From Vermamoeba vermiformis (taxonomy: Eukaryota), in NCBI GenBank assembly GCA_045837725.1, contig JBEWZL010000101.1, forward strand, positions 124,001 to 188,000: a DNA stretch of 64,000 bases. The letters are read 5' to 3'. The notes under the pieces are model-generated. The model worked only from the letters and a program-made list of their open reading frames with translations. It was not told the DNA's origin and ran no database searches. Below are positions 59,764 through 64,000 of this stretch, one piece after another. Made by a program: the position numbers and the translations under genes. How positions within the stretch are numbered: the first letter of the stretch is position 1; each line of letters begins with the position of its first letter.

Positions 59764-62255
59764 TTATGAGGCAAAGTGCTCCCTCTTCAAATGTGGAGGG
59801 AGATTCTGCTTCAAATTGTCTGTTGGAAGTTCGACCACTAGCAGTGACCCATCCAAGAAACTGTCGCAGAACAAAACTGATTTGTATTTCTTAATGGCAC
59901 CCCAACCAGAGCCCTTTGATAGTGGCAGTGAGGTGTCAAAGTGCAGAATGGCTGAGAGTGTGTGCAGGAAGATGTGATTGGGGAACTTGTCATTGAAGAA
60001 CAAATTGATGATGGGCTCTGTCCTGCCCTTCAGTTTGTGTGTCACGTGCTTGGCAATGACAGGTGCGTATTCGCGCGACCAATCAGTGAAGTTGTTGTTG
60101 TCCAGATCGTACATCCAGAATGTGTTTTGTGTTGCCAAGACGAGACAGGCAGGACTGTTGGAGTGGAACTTGATGCTCGTCACAACACCCAGTGCAGGCA
60201 GTGTGGCAGTCAGCTGTGCAGGGTGAGTAGGCGTGCTCAAATACGTGCCAGCTAGACTTACTTGGAGGGAGGTGAGGCTGTAAATAGAGACGCGTTGATG
60301 TTGCTGATCGAGCACAGCCAGCTTGTCACCGAGCACGTTAATGGCGAGCTGATCGATGCTGTGCTGGGCCTCGCGTGTGATGTGGCCCAGGGACTGCATG
60401 CGCTGCAGATCGAGCACGTGTATCTGACTCAGAGTGCCCACCACCAGGCGCGGGGCCTGTTCGCTGATCGCTGGCACAAAGCGCAGCTGTGCAATGGGTC
60501 CGCGCGTGTGGAACGAGTGCGCGACTTTGGTGACTTCAGCGCGGTACAAGAGCTCTTGTTCGTCCAGTTCGTAGTGCAGCTTGAACAGCTTGAGTTGATC
60601 GTCAGCACTCACTGCCAGCCACTCACCGTTGGGCGCGAGGGCACTGCAGTCAATGCCGCGCGAGGTGGTGATGTGCACGGTGAGGAGCAGCACCGGACCA
60701 GTCTCCGAAGTGGCACTTGGTGGCACGTGCCAGAGCTGACAGTGCTCTTTGTACTGCACGAGCAACAGCTGCTGATCGGTCTGATTGACAGTGGTGAGGG
60801 CGTAGTGTCGCTCAGGGTGGTGCGAGTGCGGAATAACTGCGTGGTGCGTGCTCTGTGTCAGCGAGTGCTGGGCCTCCAGCTTGTACAGATGCAGCGCGGG
60901 ATCCACGCCAGCCAGCACCAGCCAGTTGATGTGCTGCGGACTGTACGTCGTGTCGCGGTGCAGCACAATGGCGCACTGTGTGTCGTGGGCTGTGTCGCGT
61001 CGCTTGTCGAGGTAGAGCCACTCGTCCTTGTGCTCGTCGTGGCGATAGCTGTACACCGTGCTGTCCACGCCTGACACGTACAGCTGTCGAATCACGTGCG
61101 GGGTGTTGACAGCAGTGCCATCAGTGAGTTTGCGCTTCTTGTTGGCAGGCAGGGCAGTGCTATCCGCTTCAAACATCTCCACGAGTTCGAGTGCCAGCAC
61201 ATCGGTGTTGTTCACATTCTCCGTGCGCTGATTCTTGCGACTGGTCTGCGTGAAGACAGGATTGCTGAGGGTCTGAATCAGCGTGCTCGTGCTCACCAGC
61301 CACACGGTCACGCGTCCTGCGCTGTCACCGATCAACACGCGCTTGTGCTCGTCGCGCTCGCTGCTCTGATAGCACACCACGCGCCAGCCCATCACGCGAC
61401 TGTCGCGCAATCGCTGTCGTCTGCTGCGCTCGCGGTTCTGCTTGGTGGTCCAGTGCTCCACTGCGGGCAACAAGAACTCGTGACTCGGTGTGCTGTTCAT
61501 CACCGCGCCCTCATCGCGCAGGGTCACACTCCACGCTGCCACACCGCCGTCCACTGCAGTGGCCCACACGCGCACTGTCACGCCGTCTGCTGCTTGGGGC
61601 ATGGCACGGTCCACACCCAGCGCCAACACACGTGCCGCACTCACACCGCGTCGCAGCACCGCGCGCAGCAGCGAATCAGCCACGCTCCACACGCGCACGG
61701 CACCGTCCTCGCAGCCACACACCAGCCAGGGCCCGGCGCGGTCGTCGATCAGCACCGCGTCCCAGAATGCACCGGCACCTGAGGGCCAGCTCGACACGAG
61801 TGCCCCCGTGAGCAGATTCCAGATGCGCACTTGTCCGTCCAAGCCAGCGGTGATCACGTGATCGGTGCGCGGCACGTGAAACACACGGCGAACATTGCGT
61901 CCTGCTCCGATCAGCGTCTGGATGGAGTGGTAGCTGTTAGTTCACAAATCAATGTATTAACGTGCATTAAAATAATAAATTAATAGAGGCAAGCATTCTC
62001 GGCTATTAAGATTAAAAATCGTCGCGTAAAATTCCAGATCGGATTTTGAGATCCAACTTTTTTTGCATGGATCTGTAGTTTAAAAAATATTATAAATGTT
62101 TAGCGTACCTTTTCAAAGTGAAAATTATTTTTTACGTTCCAGATCTCGAGATCAGGATGTCGACAAACAATCAGCCGTTCATGTTCTGAAGTCAAGGCCA
62201 TGCATTGGACACTACCAATCTCTGCCTTAACAAATTGACAAATATTTACTTGCAT
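59764..62255 (-). CDS. UTP4: U3 snoRNP-associated protein 4 (cirhin), WD40 t-UTP
   Basis: MQVNICQFV...LEIWN first exon; GCEDGAVR, GDSAGRVTVW, SGVDSTV; C-terminal KYKSVLFCDSF...LVVELP...LPPHLKREHF. Confidence 0.85.
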
Positions 62256-62376
62256 GGCTGTATGGTGTTGATGTCTCTCTAAAATATTGAAATAAAATTC
62301 ATAAATCGGATCGCGATCTGATTTGTCGAGTAATTATTTTGCCTATTTACAAATTCAACACGGTACAATAGACACA

Positions 62377-64000
62377 CTACACCTGCTTCTTTTCATCGAG
62401 CTTGTCAGTGCTAGAGCTCAGTCGTTTGATCGTCGCTTCCAACATGAGTCGACGACGCGTGTCTGGATCTGGTGTCACCTCGCTGGGGGTGTCGGGGCTA
62501 GTGGGGCTCATATTAGCTGTGTTTGTATGACTAGTGCTTGTATGAGTAGCGGTGTCAGGGGTGTCTGTTGCAGCGGTACTGCGGTCAGTGTCACTCGGCA
62601 CTGAGGGCTGACTGTTCACACGCGCATTAGTGTTGTTACTGCTCGCTGTGTGCTGAGTACTGGTGTTTGTGTTGTTACTAGTGTTCATATTGTTACTAGT
62701 GTTCATATTGTTACTAGTGTTCATATTGTTACTAGTGTTCATATTGTTACTAGCACTAGTATCGGTACTACTCGGCACGGTGTTGTTAGTCGCATCGCTC
62801 CCCTCCGCACTCTGCTTGTGCTTGTACAGACTGCACACAACGCCGATCAGTATACCTGCGCATTCACTGAACGGTATATCGCACTTACTCGCGAGCTATT
62901 TTTAGCATGGCCTGTTTACGCATTTGAAAGCGGTCGTGTCGCTCCTGCGAGCTGCTGCCAAATTTGTCTTTGACTTGTGGTGGCAACATGAGCGGTGTCG
63001 ATGTGGTGGCACTTGGCACTGCACTCGGCGTGACAGGTGTCGGCGAGGGTTGAGGAGCGACAGGTGTCACAGGTGTATCACGTGATTGAGCAATGACAGG
63101 TGTCACAGGTGCAGGCTGTTGGATGACAGGTGCCACCTCATTATCCGGTGCATCGTTGTTGTTGTTGACAGGTGTCACAACGCGTCCTTCAAGAATGTTG
63201 TTGATGGTCTGATCCACACTCAGCGTCACACTCAAGTCCTGCACGATGCTCTCCACGGCCATGGTCGGGAACACGTCTTGCACCGCACGAATCATCTCCG
63301 CACTCACTGCACCGCGCGGCACTTGATAGGCCGGGGCACGAATCACCTGCACGGACATGTTGGGCAGCCAGCCCCAGCCATTCTGCGCTCGACCAGGGCC
63401 CTGCTGACGTGGCGGGGCAGCATTGGTGGGCAAGAGCGAGCGACGACAGGTGGGACACGAGTGATGGTACTCGAGCCACGAGCGGAGACAGTTGCTGGCA
63501 GAGTGTCAGTACTGACATTCACTGAATGGCGTTCACTGAAACACTTACAAGTGGAACATGTGGCCGCACGGCAGACGACGCGCACCATCGAGTCGTTCGC
63601 GACAAATAGCGCAGCTCTCGTTCATGGTCGCGAGTTGTTCCGCAGTCACGTGCTCGTAAGTGCGCTCCATGTTCTCCGCGAGCTGCTTGTAGTTGCGATA
63701 GGCCTGTATCTTGTCGCGCAGATTGTTGAACACGATGCGTATGTGCAGGAATATCAGCATGTCAATCAGCGTGAACGAGATGCCGTGCAGAATCAAGATC
63801 TGCACGTAATGCGCGAGGGTGGCGAGCAGAATGATGGCGTCAGTGAAGAACTCCACCATGTACATGTACTTGCCGCGCTCCTCCCACGTGCCATTGCCGT
63901 GCAGATCCCACAAGTGGATCGTGTACTTGCCGAGGGTCTGCAGCGTGTCCACGAACAGCGTGAAGCACTCAAAGGTGAGCAGCAGCAGCACAGCAGCCCC
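62377..64000 (-). CDS. AMFR: 3' part of AMFR/gp78-like ERAD E3 ligase (TM, RING-H2, CUE, C-terminal p97-interaction-like motif); 5' end outside window
   Basis: WEERGKYMYMVEF; CAICRERLDGARRLPCGHMFH RING-H2; MIRAVQDVFP..IVQDLSVTLSVDQTINNILEG (CUE); RRRLMLEATIKRL. Confidence 0.85.
62672..62754 (-). repeat. 18-bp coding tandem repeat (SNNMNT) x ~4-5
   Basis: ttgttactagtgttcata is repeated head to tail within the last AMFR exon. Confidence 0.9.

Noticed and set aside
62663-62905. Hydrophobic (LLLVFI)n ORF
   Set aside because: It is the opposite-strand reading of the 18-bp SNNMNT repeat in the AMFR-like gene.

Overview
Gene-dense, intron-rich eukaryotic nuclear DNA (short GT-AG introns, CTAAC-like branch points, many head-to-head gene pairs). 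Gene content and architecture suggest a protist, probably an amoebozoan (inference). About 32 protein-coding genes were reconstructed by splicing by hand. Most are housekeeping genes: PDRG1, AVL9, DUS2, GIGYF, RPL34, TADA1, TAF9, SOSS-B, UTP13, UTP5, UTP4, RPB3, LYAR, NECAP, RFC3, SKP1 and an AMFR-like E3. No rRNA, tRNA, CRISPR array or intact transposase was seen. Most notable observations: (1) an intronless 133-aa gene resembling phage/contractile-injection tail-tube (T4 gp19/Afp1-like) proteins, divergent from a stand-alone FYVE gene; (2) a spliced MYRF-like protein with an intact peptidase S74 autocleavage domain but no Ndt80 domain or transmembrane anchor; (3) a BTB/POZ-Fis1 fusion; (4) a Pth1 homolog that has lost its catalytic residues; (5) a 2-kb repeat island in which all 8 CpGs of one repeat copy are TpG/CpA in another; (6) recurrent non-coding motifs (TGACACGTGTCA palindrome, tandem GATC clusters, an extended branch-point 15-mer). 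All homology calls are by eye; no searches were run.
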